NCBI GenBank assembly: GCA_000320545.1
Contig: ADNK01002058.1
Location: 62,001-126,000, forward strand
Length of the DNA: 64,000 nucleotides
Origin: Bigelowiella natans CCMP2755
Taxonomy: Eukaryota > Protista > Cercozoa
Direction: 5' to 3'
Positions 12,097 through 24,957 of the stretch are shown here, piece after piece (position 1 is the stretch's first letter; every line of letters starts with the position of its first letter). The notes under the pieces were generated by a model that saw nothing but the letters and a program-made list of their open reading frames with translations, was not told the DNA's origin and searched no databases. The translations under genes and the position numbers were made by a program.

Positions 12097-14422
12097 GTAG
12101 CAATAGCAGTGTGATGATCCAGATGGAGGAGATGAACGGGTTGTTGATGGACCACTACGTGGATATGGGTTACGGCCACGATGCAAGAGTGCTGTATGAC
12201 GAACTCAAGAGAACATCGTCTATTACACCGACGGTGGTAACGCAAATGTTGACACTTTGCAGGAAGGAAGGTCACTATGCAGAAATGGCGGACGTGCTCA
12301 AAGATTTGGAGCAGACTCCCTGCAAGCCAGACAGCGCCGTATTCTCCGCTCTTGTTGCAGCCCAGATATCTTTAAATAGCCTCGGCGGGGTCATCGAAAC
12401 CCTGCAATGGATGATGCGTGAGAAGGTGAATGCTACGGCATCGATTCTGTCGTCAATTCTGGCCGCGCTAATCAAAGCGAAGGACCAGAAAAAAGAGGCG
12501 GATGAATGCCTCAGAGTGGTGTCCGGGATGATTCGTGACAATTCGTCCAACATCCGCCAGCAATCAGAAAGGGGAAAACTACGCAGTCTCGTGAAGCTAC
12601 TCGCTACACTCGCAATGCGAAGCAAAACGAATGGAACCCTCATTCTGCCATTGTTCCCTGATCTCGACAAGGGCAACATGTTCATCAAACCAAGCATCTA
12701 CCATGTCCTTCTCAAGAACCTTATCGAAAAGCCCTCGGAGATCGAAGCGCGTCTAGAGCTAACAAGGAAGGCGGAGATTCTGCACGAAGTGGCTCTGCAC
12801 GCTTCCAAGGCTTATTCCGCCGCCGTTTGCGAGCCGGAAATTCAAGAAGCGAAGCACAATCTTGCCCGCGCCAAGGAGATCAACCCGGACATCCTCAATA
12901 ACCTGAGTGTCGTTCGTAAATTCCACGCCGACTTACATCAGAAAGGCTTTCTCCAGGATGACATCGAAATCAACGCCATCTTTGCACAGGCCGTTTCCAG
13001 CCTTGGCGACCGCGAAACGTTCCTCAGCGCCATTGACCGGTACAACCTTGCCGACATCAATTATTACGTCTCCCCCCGAAAGCAGAAGACAAAGAGGGGT
13101 TTGGCAAGTGACAATCACGTCGATATCATTTGCCGGATGATCTTTCATCTGTACCTTCACGGCTGCGACTCGAGGGCCTTTGAGTTGTTCAAAGGAGCCA
13201 TTGAACGAGGCATCAAGCTTGACGTGAGGACATTCCGGATCCTAGCGAAAGTCTCAAGGTCAGCTGAGCAGACCAACACGCTTCTTGAGGCTGGAGTGAG
13301 GTGCGGGATATCGAAGAAGCAGATATGCACGCAGCTCTGTATTAGCCACTTGGATGGGGGCAGGTGGGAGGAAGCTTCTCGCTTATTTCAGCAGGTAAGG
13401 AAGAGGCCTTCCAACGACCTTGCGGAGATTGCTTTGCGTGCAGTACGAGACAGGCTCATGGAGAAGAGGGAGGAGGAGGAGGAGGAGGAGGAGGAGGAGA
13501 GACTAGACTCTAATAAAGGAGGACAGGGAACGAAAGCTGCGTTTTCCCAGAAGGAGTTCATCAACCTTTGCATCCTAGTACGTCATTCATTCGATAGCTG
13601 AAAGTAAAGGGTTGTAGAAGAGGAGGAGGAGGAGGAGCCTCGGTCTCCCTCTCGCTCTCTTTCCATTTCCCTTTCCCTTTCGTTCTCCCCCCTCCCACCC
13701 CTGAGTGTAGGTCGTCATCATCATCATCATCATCACCATCATCACCACCATCACATCGCCACCACTCCCTCTTGTCCTTCTACTGCATTAACCCATTTTT
13801 GGCTCCATTCCTCTAATCCTGAACCAGAAACTCTCATTTGAACAATTTTGCTCCTGTCCATTGCTTTACACTTCCATTAGGAATATACGACAAACGTCTT
13901 CGTCGACCTCAGTGACCCTGTAATATCCGCTACGTTTATGGTGCTGATCCAAACGCTGCAGCTGCAGGAGATAGATAAATTGAAGAAGACGTGGCCAGTG
14001 ACTGGCCAAGTGCTCGGAAATATATACAAGCTTCAAGCTGCAAGAGATGCGAATAGCAGTCTCTCCAATGCCCGTTTGGCGGTTACTTTTCTATCGAAAC
14101 ACCACCTTCGCCATTCGTCAAACAGGGTAGGAGCGCCTTTCCCAATTTCCTCGGTTTTACATAGAGATGATGCTTTGATCATTCATTGACACAATGAGCA
14201 CGCGCCATTGATACACTGTTTTGTTAAAATAGGTCTGGAAGATCTCACGTTTATTCAGGCCGTGGGCATTTGGCACTAGGCCTCTACAAGAACTGGTTTT
14301 GCAGAGCAGAAGATCGGACACCACCTTCCAACTACTCGTGGACTCCTTCAGAGACGAATGTAAGCGAGCGGATGAACATCATCAAGATCACCAGCGAAAG
14401 AAGCTGGCCGGCGAGGAAGTTG

Positions 14423-14455
<33 letters not shown>

Positions 14456-15570
14456 TATCGTTATCTTCCTCCCCTTACGCCTTGCCATCATCATCAGCAA
14501 CAACAACATCATCATCATCATCATCATCATCACCATCGCCCTTGAGATCATCACCGTCCTCCTACTCCTCCGGCACCATGCTCGCAGCAGAGACGCAGGG
14601 CTTTGACCCATTCGCCGAGATTATAACGTTTGTTGGCGAGACAACTGGGAGAAGTGGGGCGAGAGGGAGCAGCAAGAAGAGGCCAGGCAGGAGAAGGTTT
14701 CACTTCACGCATGAGCTTAGCTTCATGGGTGAAATGCTTCATCTCCTCCGAAAACGCCCCGGTGTAATGCCAACCGCTCAGTTTTGCAAACTGGTGTTGA
14801 ACCAGGCACTTGCCGCCAAGATGTCCGCCATCCAAGCGCAAGATCTCCACGATTTTGTTGCTCTCGAGGAGGTGGAGGAGGAGGAGGAAGAGGAGGGAGA
14901 GGGAAGGAAAGAGGACAGCAAACAAGCAGCAGTTCCCGACAAAAAGGCTGTTGTCGCACTCCTCGTTGGATGTTGTGAAGCAATCATTCGACTGATGCAG
15001 TGTCGCGCTGTTACACCGGACATCGAAATCTTCGCCTCTTTGATTGCGCTGACATCTTCTTCCTCTTTTTCGCCATCGGCTCCGCGTGGTGAAAGTGCTG
15101 CTGTTACTGATGGTGAGGAGGAGGAGGAATGCCTAGCTTCCGCTGTGATGTTGGACCTTGCGGAAAGAGCAGTGAGTGGAATCGGTTTTGATGGATATGC
15201 ATTCAGGAGCAAAAGCGACTGCAGTCCTGATAGCGCCGTTGATGAGGGCAAAAGTGACAATGGCGATCATTGCGGCTCGGTTAGCGAATTCGATGAGATT
15301 TGGGTGTGCTCGTCGTGCGGGCTGCACAACGCACTGCACTTAGAGGCATGTTCAAGATGCGATGGCGAGGAGAGAGAGCAGAAGCGCCACACCTTCCCTA
15401 GCATACAGGAACACGGCCAACATGGGAAGCGAATGCAAAGAAACTTGTCCCACATTGAAACGATACTGCGGTGCATAGCCGAAAACAAAGGCAGTCAGAA
15501 TCGAGATGCAGATCATTGGAAGACAATCGTCAGCTGTCTTCGTGATTCCTTACCCCGGCAATGGTGCTGA
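11326..15570 (+). CDS. PPR-like helical-repeat protein with a probable mitochondrial presequence and a C-terminal RanBP2-type zinc finger
   Basis: R/S/T-rich first exon (MRPRASVGRR...). ORF 11697-13601 has PPR-like units (CKPDSAVFSALVAA, ERGIKLDVRTFRIL, GRWEEASRLFQQV). ORF 14299-15570 has AVTPDIEIFASLI and WVCSSCGLHNALHLEACSRC. Internal splicing is only partly resolved. Confidence 0.65.
14424..14532 (+). repeat. Coding (TCA)n microsatellites giving poly-Ser tracts
   Basis: Read directly within ORF 14299-15570. Confidence 0.9.
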
Positions 15571-16430
15571 GGAGTCAAATCGTATGTATCTCGACATGAG
15601 CTTGCTTCTTTGACTCACCTAGACATATGCCTACGGATCGTTGAATCTATTTATTAGCAATGTAGATCGAAGGTATTACAACGTTGAGGCTTTCGGTGGC
15701 AACAACATACAATCATGTGTTCGCTGCAAAATATGAAACGCGCGCTAATATTCCAGCTAGCAGACGCGTAAAATCACTCCCATGGGTACACAGACGCACA
15801 ACGACACTGCCTAGCATAGATGCGTGCACCCAATTAGCCAAGTGATGTATGTCCTGGCAGCAAGGCGGTTATACGGTGTTGTATGATCGAAGGGATTTGC
15901 ACATGTGCGCTGGTCTAAGTAGTGCTAGGGACGATAATAATTTGGCCTGCTAGCCGATATCCTGCTGCTGCAATACTATGCTGCTGAACTTAAATCGACT
16001 TATGGCACTGTACAGTCTTTAGCGGTATGCTCGTACGTGCAGTAAGTCAAAGACCACGGCGCATAGCGTAAATAATCGCTAGCACTAGAGCAATAATGAC
16101 GCAGCTTATCAAAACCATACAATTTTTTTACGTGCAATGCATTGATCAGCGCCTTTCTCTATGTCCTACGCTTCGAGCAAGGGTGCTGTCGTACGTGATC
16201 TTGCAGCCGTTTCTCCATGCACGACAATCAATTTGATTCATTCTATCGTTACATGGCTCCAGGTATGAGGTTTCATTTCGACATCGACACGCCATCCTTT
16301 GCCTTCAGCGCAAAGAAAACGTTTGTGCCTGGCAATTAAACGGGGAAATAAAGAGTAGTTAGAGGCCGATAAGGGATGGCTTGCACGCATGACTGATGCT
16401 TGGGTTTAAAATAAGAAAGTAAGGCCGCCC

Positions 16431-17588
16431 CTATTTGTTCGACTCGAGAATGAAAAAGGAAGAAGCACCGAGGACAACTGCAGACGTGAGAGCGAGTGAA
16501 TGGGAGATTGACGTAGCTTCTGCAAGCATTCCTAACCCGATTGGACCTACGAGAAACGCCAAATCCCCAGCCTGCGAATATGGATGATGCATTTAAGGAA
16601 ATTCGATGATAATTTTGCAGAGCTTGTAGTAGTATGTATGTATGTATGTATGTATGTATGCAGTGACTAAATACATACATTCAACGGAGAGGAACGATGT
16701 GTTGTCATGTGTCTTTTCTCAAATAACACGTAGCCAACAAACAAAACTGCCAACAGCTGCTACCTGTCTTGTAAGGGACAAGACCGAACCCTTCTGCGAT
16801 TCCGGGGCTAATTGATTGTATAATAACGATGATCAATGGTGACTGGTGATAACGACGATGATGGTGCTCAGACCCAAGCGCCGCTCAACGGAAGCTAAGT
16901 AGCCCGCTCCCCCCCCCCGCCCTCTTCATTCACTCTTATCATCGTGGTGATCGCCATGTTTGATATAATCATGGGATGTGCTACTTACACCTGCTATTAC
17001 TACTCCTCCTACTATTTATTACCCAGATCTACTGTGAAAGCAGTCAAGCCTGGGGTGAGCAGCGAGTTCCCTACCCCCCATAGAACCACTGCAGCAAGAA
17101 ATGGCGCATAAGACTCCACCATTGCCATGGCCCCCGCACCACCAGCCTTGAGTAGAAAAGAGCATGAGCAAGAGTCGAAACGGACAGAAATTCAGCGACT
17201 TTAGTAACACTCAGCAGGACACACACGTATACCGCGGGAGGCGGGGGTGGAATGAGAAGAGATAAAACCAAAAGAAATGCAATTTCAAATGTATTTTCGT
17301 GTTAGTGCACGGGATTAGGGTTTGGTAGTTTCTTGGCCTTACGATGCATAGAGCTGAGGGAACAACGATAGCTTTCCGACCGAACTTATCAGCAGCCCAT
17401 CCTCCCAGCGGCGTGGCTATAAATCCCAACGCGCTTACGCCGCTAAAGAGGGCCCCAATCTGTCCCTGTATATATATATCATACATATTCAATCCTTGTC
17501 TACTAAGCCACGCCGTGGAAGAAACACGTCGCTAGAAATTGCGGGGTCAATCAGCCAGATGAACGACGTAGCGATGTGTTGTGTTGTG

Positions 17589-17621
<33 letters not shown>

Positions 17622-18638
17622 TTGTACCGCTGTCGCGCCCCATATCTCGGCCGCATGCAAGGGAAGAACAGTCAACATGCTCGCATATCCTAACGACGAG
17701 CATACAAGCAGAGTGAGCGGCATTGAATAGATGACGTCTCTTGTCGAGGAGGAGGTCACAAAACTCGAAGAATTATGACCTAGATAAAGCGAGAAGTTGA
17801 CGCTGGTCGCTGCCGCAAGGCTCGGAGAGGCACGGAGCATACTGATCCACGAGTTGTTATTCGAGGACGACGATGACGACGACGATGATGATGATGATGA
17901 TGATGATGACGGAGACGAGGAGGAAGAAGATGAGGACGATGAAGGGTCAGTATCCGAAGCTGAGGATGATGAGGGCAGGGAGGAGGTGTTATTGCTCAAA
18001 CTAGCATTGACGTGACTGCTACTTTTGAGTTTCAGAGTTTCCTTGAGCATTGAGTAGCCGACGCAGCAGGAGGCTGCCGCGATTGCGGAGGAAAAAAAAG
18101 CCATGCGCACACCGAACAGCTCGGTCAATATCCTACAGTACAGAGCATCAGACACCAGTCGCATACGTAATGAGATTTATACTGATTATGATGTTTCTTA
18201 GTAAGGTGCCGTTTGCCACCACCAGGGATCACAGCATACATAGGAAAAATAGCCTCTTTACAAACGAGAAGTACCCGCCAAGCATGGGACCACCAACAAA
18301 GGCTGCTGTGACAGCGGTTTGCTGTAAGCCCATGAGCTGTGCTCGGTGAGAAGGAACATTGGCGGTCAGATCTGCCATGTAAGCCTGCAATTGATTCGTT
18401 GTAAGCTTCAAGAAGAACAACTACAACAACGACAAGACGATGATGACGAAAAGGAAGTACTAGCCGTTTCTATCATCTGGTCATGAATTCATGGAGCAAT
18501 TATGTTGTCCAGCAATTACTTGTGAGCCAGCTGTAGCAGCGGAGGTCCCCAAACCCATCAGTAGGCGGAAGGGAAGCATTGTCATGAAGGTCGTTGCAAG
18601 GCCTGTGCCGACACTGGAGGCAGCCATTATTAGTGTAC

Positions 18639-18685
<47 letters not shown>

Positions 18686-19266
18686 TTGAACAGGTGACCC
18701 CATTTGTTTTAAGAGACAGAATCGTACATCTGTTTTAACTACCTGTGACCATGAGAGGCTTGCGGCCATATTTATCAGCAGCTTGACCCAGGGCTTGATT
18801 GACTAATATTCTCGTGATGGAAGGTGATGACAGAATCAGCCCAACCCCCGTCGCACCCATCCCGAGTTCCGCTGCAAATGACGGCAGCACAGGGATGACA
18901 AAGCCGAAACCAGAATTGACGATGAATTGAGATGTCACTAGGACTGTGACGGACTGCAACACAAATAAACACAGATTCATCAACATTCGTGACTTTAAAC
19001 TAATAAGATTGATGTCCCAGAATATGGAGAGTTCTAACAAATTCGCATGATACCCGCCATGGTATCTTTCCTTCCGTCTTTTCCTCTTTGTTTGGTTGGA
19101 CAGAATGGAATCGAGGGCGGAACGATATCAGCGTTTCCGAGGCGTTCGGAGGAGGTCTTCTCCGTCGCCCTCCTCCTCTTCGTTGCCGCAAGCCATTGTT
19201 CAGGGACGCTGGCAAGAGAGAAGCACTTCGGTGGCAAGTGGCGACCCGCTGCACAGCCGTGAGCAT
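16431..19266 (-). CDS. Major facilitator superfamily transporter (DHA1/TetA-like)
   Basis: Multi-exon. MFS motif A occurs twice (GQAADKYGRKP; GWAADKFGRK). Also GFGFVIPVLP, AYMADL, GGPMLGG, and a last exon AGDLAFLVGPIGLGMLAE...ESNK* ending at 16431. Confidence 0.85.
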
Positions 19267-19730
19267 CCCTTCTTCAAAAGGGGACCAGAGGGGGGGGGGG
19301 TACGACGTCGCCTGCTGCTCTGCTCTGAAATTGGATTATGGTGGATCCGTTGTATTTAGGAAGAAAATACAGCGAATAATATCCTAAATATTTCTTTTCT
19401 ACGTCGTACCCTCTAGCTGCTTCGAGTTTGCCGCTCCGCAGAGACATATCAGTAGAAGCTCAGATATTGTCACGTGTATCTGCATGCCAACGGCAGAGCC
19501 ACAGCGGCGGGGGTTTCCAGCGTCGGCCCCCACTGGAACCTGTGAATTCTCTCAGAATGCCCTTTATTTACACGAAAAAGACAAGCACAAGAAAGCCGGG
19601 AATGATAGTCGCAGGAGTAGAATTGAGGCTGTTTTTGTCAAAATAATCGGAAAACAAACCGGCGTGGTTTGCCCGTGGAGAATCAGGACAGCCAAGCTAC
19701 AATTCGGGACCCCTCTCCCATTCGACAACG

Positions 19731-20385
19731 ATGGCGTCTTCGGTGAGGAAGATTTGCGGGAAGGTCGTTAAAGGAATCAAGCCGCAGTATCTTACAGCGT
19801 TTCACCAAGAGTTTGTTGACACCTTTCTCAAGCCGAGGAGGGGGAAAAATGGTGTATGGTTTCGACCAGTGCTAGGTGCCATGCAAGTTGCCGCGCTCAG
19901 AAAGGTGCTAATATTTGCTTCATATGCTGTACATTACCTCAATGAAGTACTAACATTTTTTAATTGAACAGGAGACTCTTATGGAACATGGAGTATGGCC
20001 ATACGAAAAAGAGAGACGTCCTCAACAGTTGCGTGTGAAGTTTAAGGTGCACCTCATTTATGGGATTACCGTTGTAGATTTTGACGGAACAATTTCTTTA
20101 TCTCAGGGTCGAAGGCATGAATTAGGAAAAGAAGAGAGACAAGCGATGATAGAAGAGAATCTGAAGGATATGGATGAGAAAATAGCCGCACATAAGAAGG
20201 TAAGGCTTCAACAAATCAGTTTCATTACCCCACCCCGTGTCTTACAACCCCCACTAATTTTGAAGGAGTTACGTGATGCACGACCGAAGATGGACACGAT
20301 GTACAATGCAATGAAATTGTTCGAAATAGAACCTGCCCTTCTTGAAAAGGAAAAGGGAGGGAAGAAGAAAAAAAACAAGAAATAA
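19731..20385 (+). CDS. Mitochondrial ribosomal protein mL59 (yeast Mrpl25-like)
   Basis: Four short exons: FLKPRRGKNGVWFRPVLGAMQVAALRK / KFK / GRRHELGKEERQAMIEENLKDMDEKI / ELRDARPK. The KGxxHE...R...I...L..M..I pattern is typical of mL59. Confidence 0.65.
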
Positions 20386-20924
20386 CATGAATCTGTTCTG
20401 AACTTCATCATCTGTAGCCATTAAATAAAAAGCCTTATTTGAGTACACAAATGTATTAAGCTTGAAATGAGCACCGAGTATTGCATAGATAACTTATATC
20501 GGAGCATCAGCTGGGAATACGCAGTCGATCACGAAGCATTCTTGCTACGCTCGCATAAGAACATGCTACTGTCTACTATACGCTACACTAGTAGTACGAA
20601 CGCGATGATGCATCATGCTGCAATTGATTGATTTCAATTATTCACATGCAGCGTGTGGCAGCAAATGTGCATGAACAGCATTCAACATGTCATTGCGATT
20701 TGGTGACTTAAGATTTGGAACGTTCATCTCGCGCGTATTATTAGCGTACGTAGCCATAGCGGTTGCAATTGGATCGCTGCTACTAGACATGGAAAATTTC
20801 GTCATCATTACATGCTAGCGCAGCCAGCCATCACTAGATTGTGTTACAACTCATGCAGATCTCATCTCGAATCGTGTCGCACTATTGTATGCTGTATGGC
20901 ATCGATCAGCTATCGATGAGTAAA

Positions 20925-21061
20925 TTATAATAGACACAGTAATAGCATATATAGTATATATATGATATTACATGTCTATAATAAGTATCCCCGAGCTATA
21001 CTTATAACAGACACAGTAATAGCATATATAGTATATATATGATATTACATGTCTATAATAA
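20925..21061. repeat. ~60-bp near-perfect duplication (period 77 bp) just downstream of the TTF2 stop
   Basis: AGACACAGTAATAGCATATATAGTATATATATGATATTACATGTCTATAATAA occurs at 20932-20984 and 21009-21061. Confidence 0.9.
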
Positions 21062-21086
21062 TTTGGTTGCATGTTATCATCATCGG

Positions 21087-22881
21087 TCATGAAAACAGCA
21101 TTTGCATGTCTTCCAAGGTTAGCTTTTGAGCCGCAGCACTGCTCCCAGACTGCTGTTTCCGCTGAGCATCTGTAACAACTGCCTCGAATAGCTTGCGTTT
21201 GCGGTCCTGGAGAGCCTCGACGCGGTCTTCTATGGTGCCATGACATAGCAACTTGTGTACGAATACCGGCTTCTTCTGCCCCACTCGGAAAACACGGTCG
21301 CACACCTGAGCTTCCATCGCAGGGTTCCAATGAATATCAAGAAGGATGAGATGGTTGCCTCCGATCAGATTTAAACCCACGCCACCGGCACCTGTCAGAA
21401 ATACATAGAATTCAGACGCAACATGCAGCATTGATGTCAAGTAACATGCGATAGAAGATTATTTCTCTCTCCCTCTTTCTTTTTCCTTCTCTCTCTTTGT
21501 GTGTGTGTGTGTGTGATTGTGTGCGGCCCAAAGTCTTTCTCGACGAACCCATCGATAGTAGCATGAGCTCTGCACCAGCAGGATTCTTGTTAAAGTCAGA
21601 GATGATGTCTTTGCGGTGGTTGGGAGGCACTGTTCCGTCGATGATGACATATCGCCATCCCTGTCATTATATATAACACATTCTGAAAATACAATTCGTT
21701 GCCTCTCCCCCCCCCCTTTTTCCTTTCTCCTCTTTCATTAACAAGATTGTTACTGATGTCTATGCCAAAGAACGTTATATGCAAAACCTCTCTTTGCAGA
21801 TGAATCTCGAGTATCTTGAGCAGCGACGTCCATTGGCTCACAATCACGACCTGCAAGGTTGAACGAGGTCACACCACGGCATGACGACAAGATACAGCAT
21901 GCCAAAATATATCATTCATACAGCAGCTTGCATCATTTTGCTATTCTATTGCTGCTCCCTTATGCGGCGAAAAGCGTAGCTGTTTAATTTTTAGTGATCA
22001 CCACGCACCAGCTATATTTCGTCAGAATTCTCACACGTATTATCATACCTTATCGCCGGGCCTAGTTGTTCTCACATCTGTGAGCAGCTGGAGTGTGTAT
22101 GCGAGCTTGCTGCTCACCCATGACCTATCAGCAAGTACCCTTGCCTGTACACAGTAGCCGATGATGATGATGGTGAGATGATGTGATGATGATGAGTGAA
22201 TACCTGTGGATGGGGGTTTAAATAACGAGCTACATCTTCTTCATTCTGCTGCTGCTCCTTCTTGATGCTGCGGTTGTCGCTATTATTGCTGCTTTTTCCA
22301 GCGCCCTCATTGATATTCCGGTGATTATCTTCATTATCACTACCATCTTCCTTCCCGTGCATTGTTTTATCATCCTCTTCCTTGCTACTACTTTTCTGAC
22401 TCGCCTTCATCGTAGCAGTCGATGATGGCTTCGGTCCTTCATCGTGCCCCTGTTGATCGTCGTTTCTTGTCACCCTTCCTTGCTCGCCGCGTTCTTTGCT
22501 GATTTTCAACTCCGCCAGGGCCGAGGCGACGGATGCAGAATCGATTTCCTCCCGTAAAAGCGCTGGGTGGCAGCACGCCTGTCGCATGCGTAGCAGCGAG
22601 CACAGAAAACTAGCATAAGAAACCCCATCACCGCCATCATCACCGTGATCATCGCCGAACGAGCCACTCATGCCTCCTCCTCCGCCATTGTTGTTACGGC
22701 GACGCTGCACGATGTAGCGCCGGAAGAGCGCGCGTGATCGATTGTTGAGAGTGTCGTGTATGGCCTTCTCGATAAGGGTGAGATTGAGTCTGTGCAGGGT
22801 GAACGTGCGGGGAGGTAGCCGTACTAATGGCTTTCCATCAGTTCCATTCATACGCCTAAAAGAAACAGAAAGAGAGAGGGG

Positions 22882-22925
<44 letters not shown>

Positions 22926-23764
22926 AGCATGGAAATAGCAACGTGATAGCATGAGACGAGATAGGGTGATGATAACACAACGACAGCATGCTAACAAACA
23001 AGAAAAATCTGGATGACATCTCCTCCTCCTCCTCCTCCCGGCTTGCAGGGCGAAAATGTCATAAGCGCTCTCGCCGATCAATGCTGCATTCAGCTCGACG
23101 AATGGAAAGATAATAAAAAGACACGCAGTTATTAGCAGCTGAGGGAGGGAATGACTACGAGTCGCACTTTGTTCGACGAATCATCACGCCCCGGAGGAGA
23201 TTGCTAGCCCTCTGCGTGGAGTTCCTGACGCAGGAGTCCCAAACTTGCGAGTTATTGAACGGCGTGTACTGCAGAAACCGCATCAGGGAAAAGAGTTCTC
23301 CCATCTCATTTTGCAATGGGGTTCCTGTGACAGCCCACCGCGCCCTTGCTGACAAGGCACACACTGCACGTGCACGCCGACTCACAGGATTTTTGATCAT
23401 GTGCGCTTCATCCAAAACGACCCTGTCCCACATTACTTGCAGCAAAGGTGAAGGGGGGGGGGAACTTCCTTCTGCGTCATCATCGTTGTCTTCTCCTCCT
23501 CCTTGCTTGCTCTTGGAAGAGGAAGATGATGGGGGGTGGGGGAAAGGCCCCATGACGTCGCGTACAAGTGTCTCGTATGTCGTAAGGACGATATCTCGTC
23601 GAGATAGCTCCTTGGCGTCCTTGGTCCGTTGAGCGCCTATTCTCCGTTCGATTGACCAGAATGTGACAGCAAAGCAGCATCAGGGATATTATGGTACACC
23701 ACAACACAGCATTTAGCATGAACAGCAGATTTAACGATTTTATTCCTCGGCCTTCTCTTCCTTC

Positions 23765-23857
<93 letters not shown>

Positions 23858-24912
23858 TCCATGTTCGCTTTTTTTATCGACGTCTACTCAGAAGGCTGCT
23901 ACCGTAGTACACGTAAGTGTCAAGGAGCTTCAAGGAGCATCTAGTTGTAATCTCCTCTTGCCATTGATGAATTAGAATCGCTGGACACACAACAATCGTT
24001 GGACCGCGGAGACCTGTAACAGGAACAACAGAGTCATCACTCACCATGCTTCCACAACATGTGCTGAGTGCGCGTAACTATGGAAAAATTTGGATATCAA
24101 AGCACTGACAATTGCTATCGTTTACAATGATCTGTTTGCCTCTGCTCCGTCAATCACGTAAGTGACAGCGACCGCACACTTCCCTTCTACAACTGTAAAT
24201 CCCCCCCCCCCCCCCCCCCCCAAATTCCCCCCTTCTTCAATGTTTCTCCTACTTTTCAGATCAGCCTGATATCGTTCCATGAGTCTTATATTGAGCTCCT
24301 CTTCTTTTCCCTCATACCCTTCGGCGACATCGCGGATCCAATCATGCCGCTCGTGCATTGATTGGTTATACTGCCGATAGAAGTTTGTCAGCCGTGAATG
24401 GAGCTCCGCCACCCTCGCTTCCCGTGTTGGTAGCGACGCTATGTGAGCGGCGTTTCGACGCATTCGAGCGACGATCAAGGAGATCATCATCATTGTCTTT
24501 CCCAAGCCCATCTCGTCAGCCTGTAGTAGTAGTGGATGTTGTTGATGATGATGATAATGATGATGACGACGATAATGATGCTCGAGATGGAGAGAAGACA
24601 CGTACCAAGACGCCGCCCGTTGGTGTTTGGTTCTCACGCCATAACATCCAAGCGAGAGCTTGTCTTTGGTGAGGGAGCAGCGACACCTAGAATGGAAATA
24701 GAGAGGGGAGGACGGAATAGAGAGGCGTGTGTGTATATGAGAGAGAGAGAGAGGCGAGTGAGAAGAATGGGGCGAATTTGATTAACTGATTGAAAAATGG
24801 GGAAGGGAGATGGGAGCAAATCACAGCTTACGGTTGAAACTGCATACTGGCTAGGCATGTTGCGAATTTGTCTTTTGCCACTGCTTCCGTGCATAAACAA
24901 TGATATCATCTC

Positions 24913-24957
<45 letters not shown>

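Noticed and set aside
20925-21061. Repeat-spacer-repeat as a mini-CRISPR
   Set aside because: There are only two long AT-rich copies, no cas genes, and the site is a eukaryotic 3' UTR.
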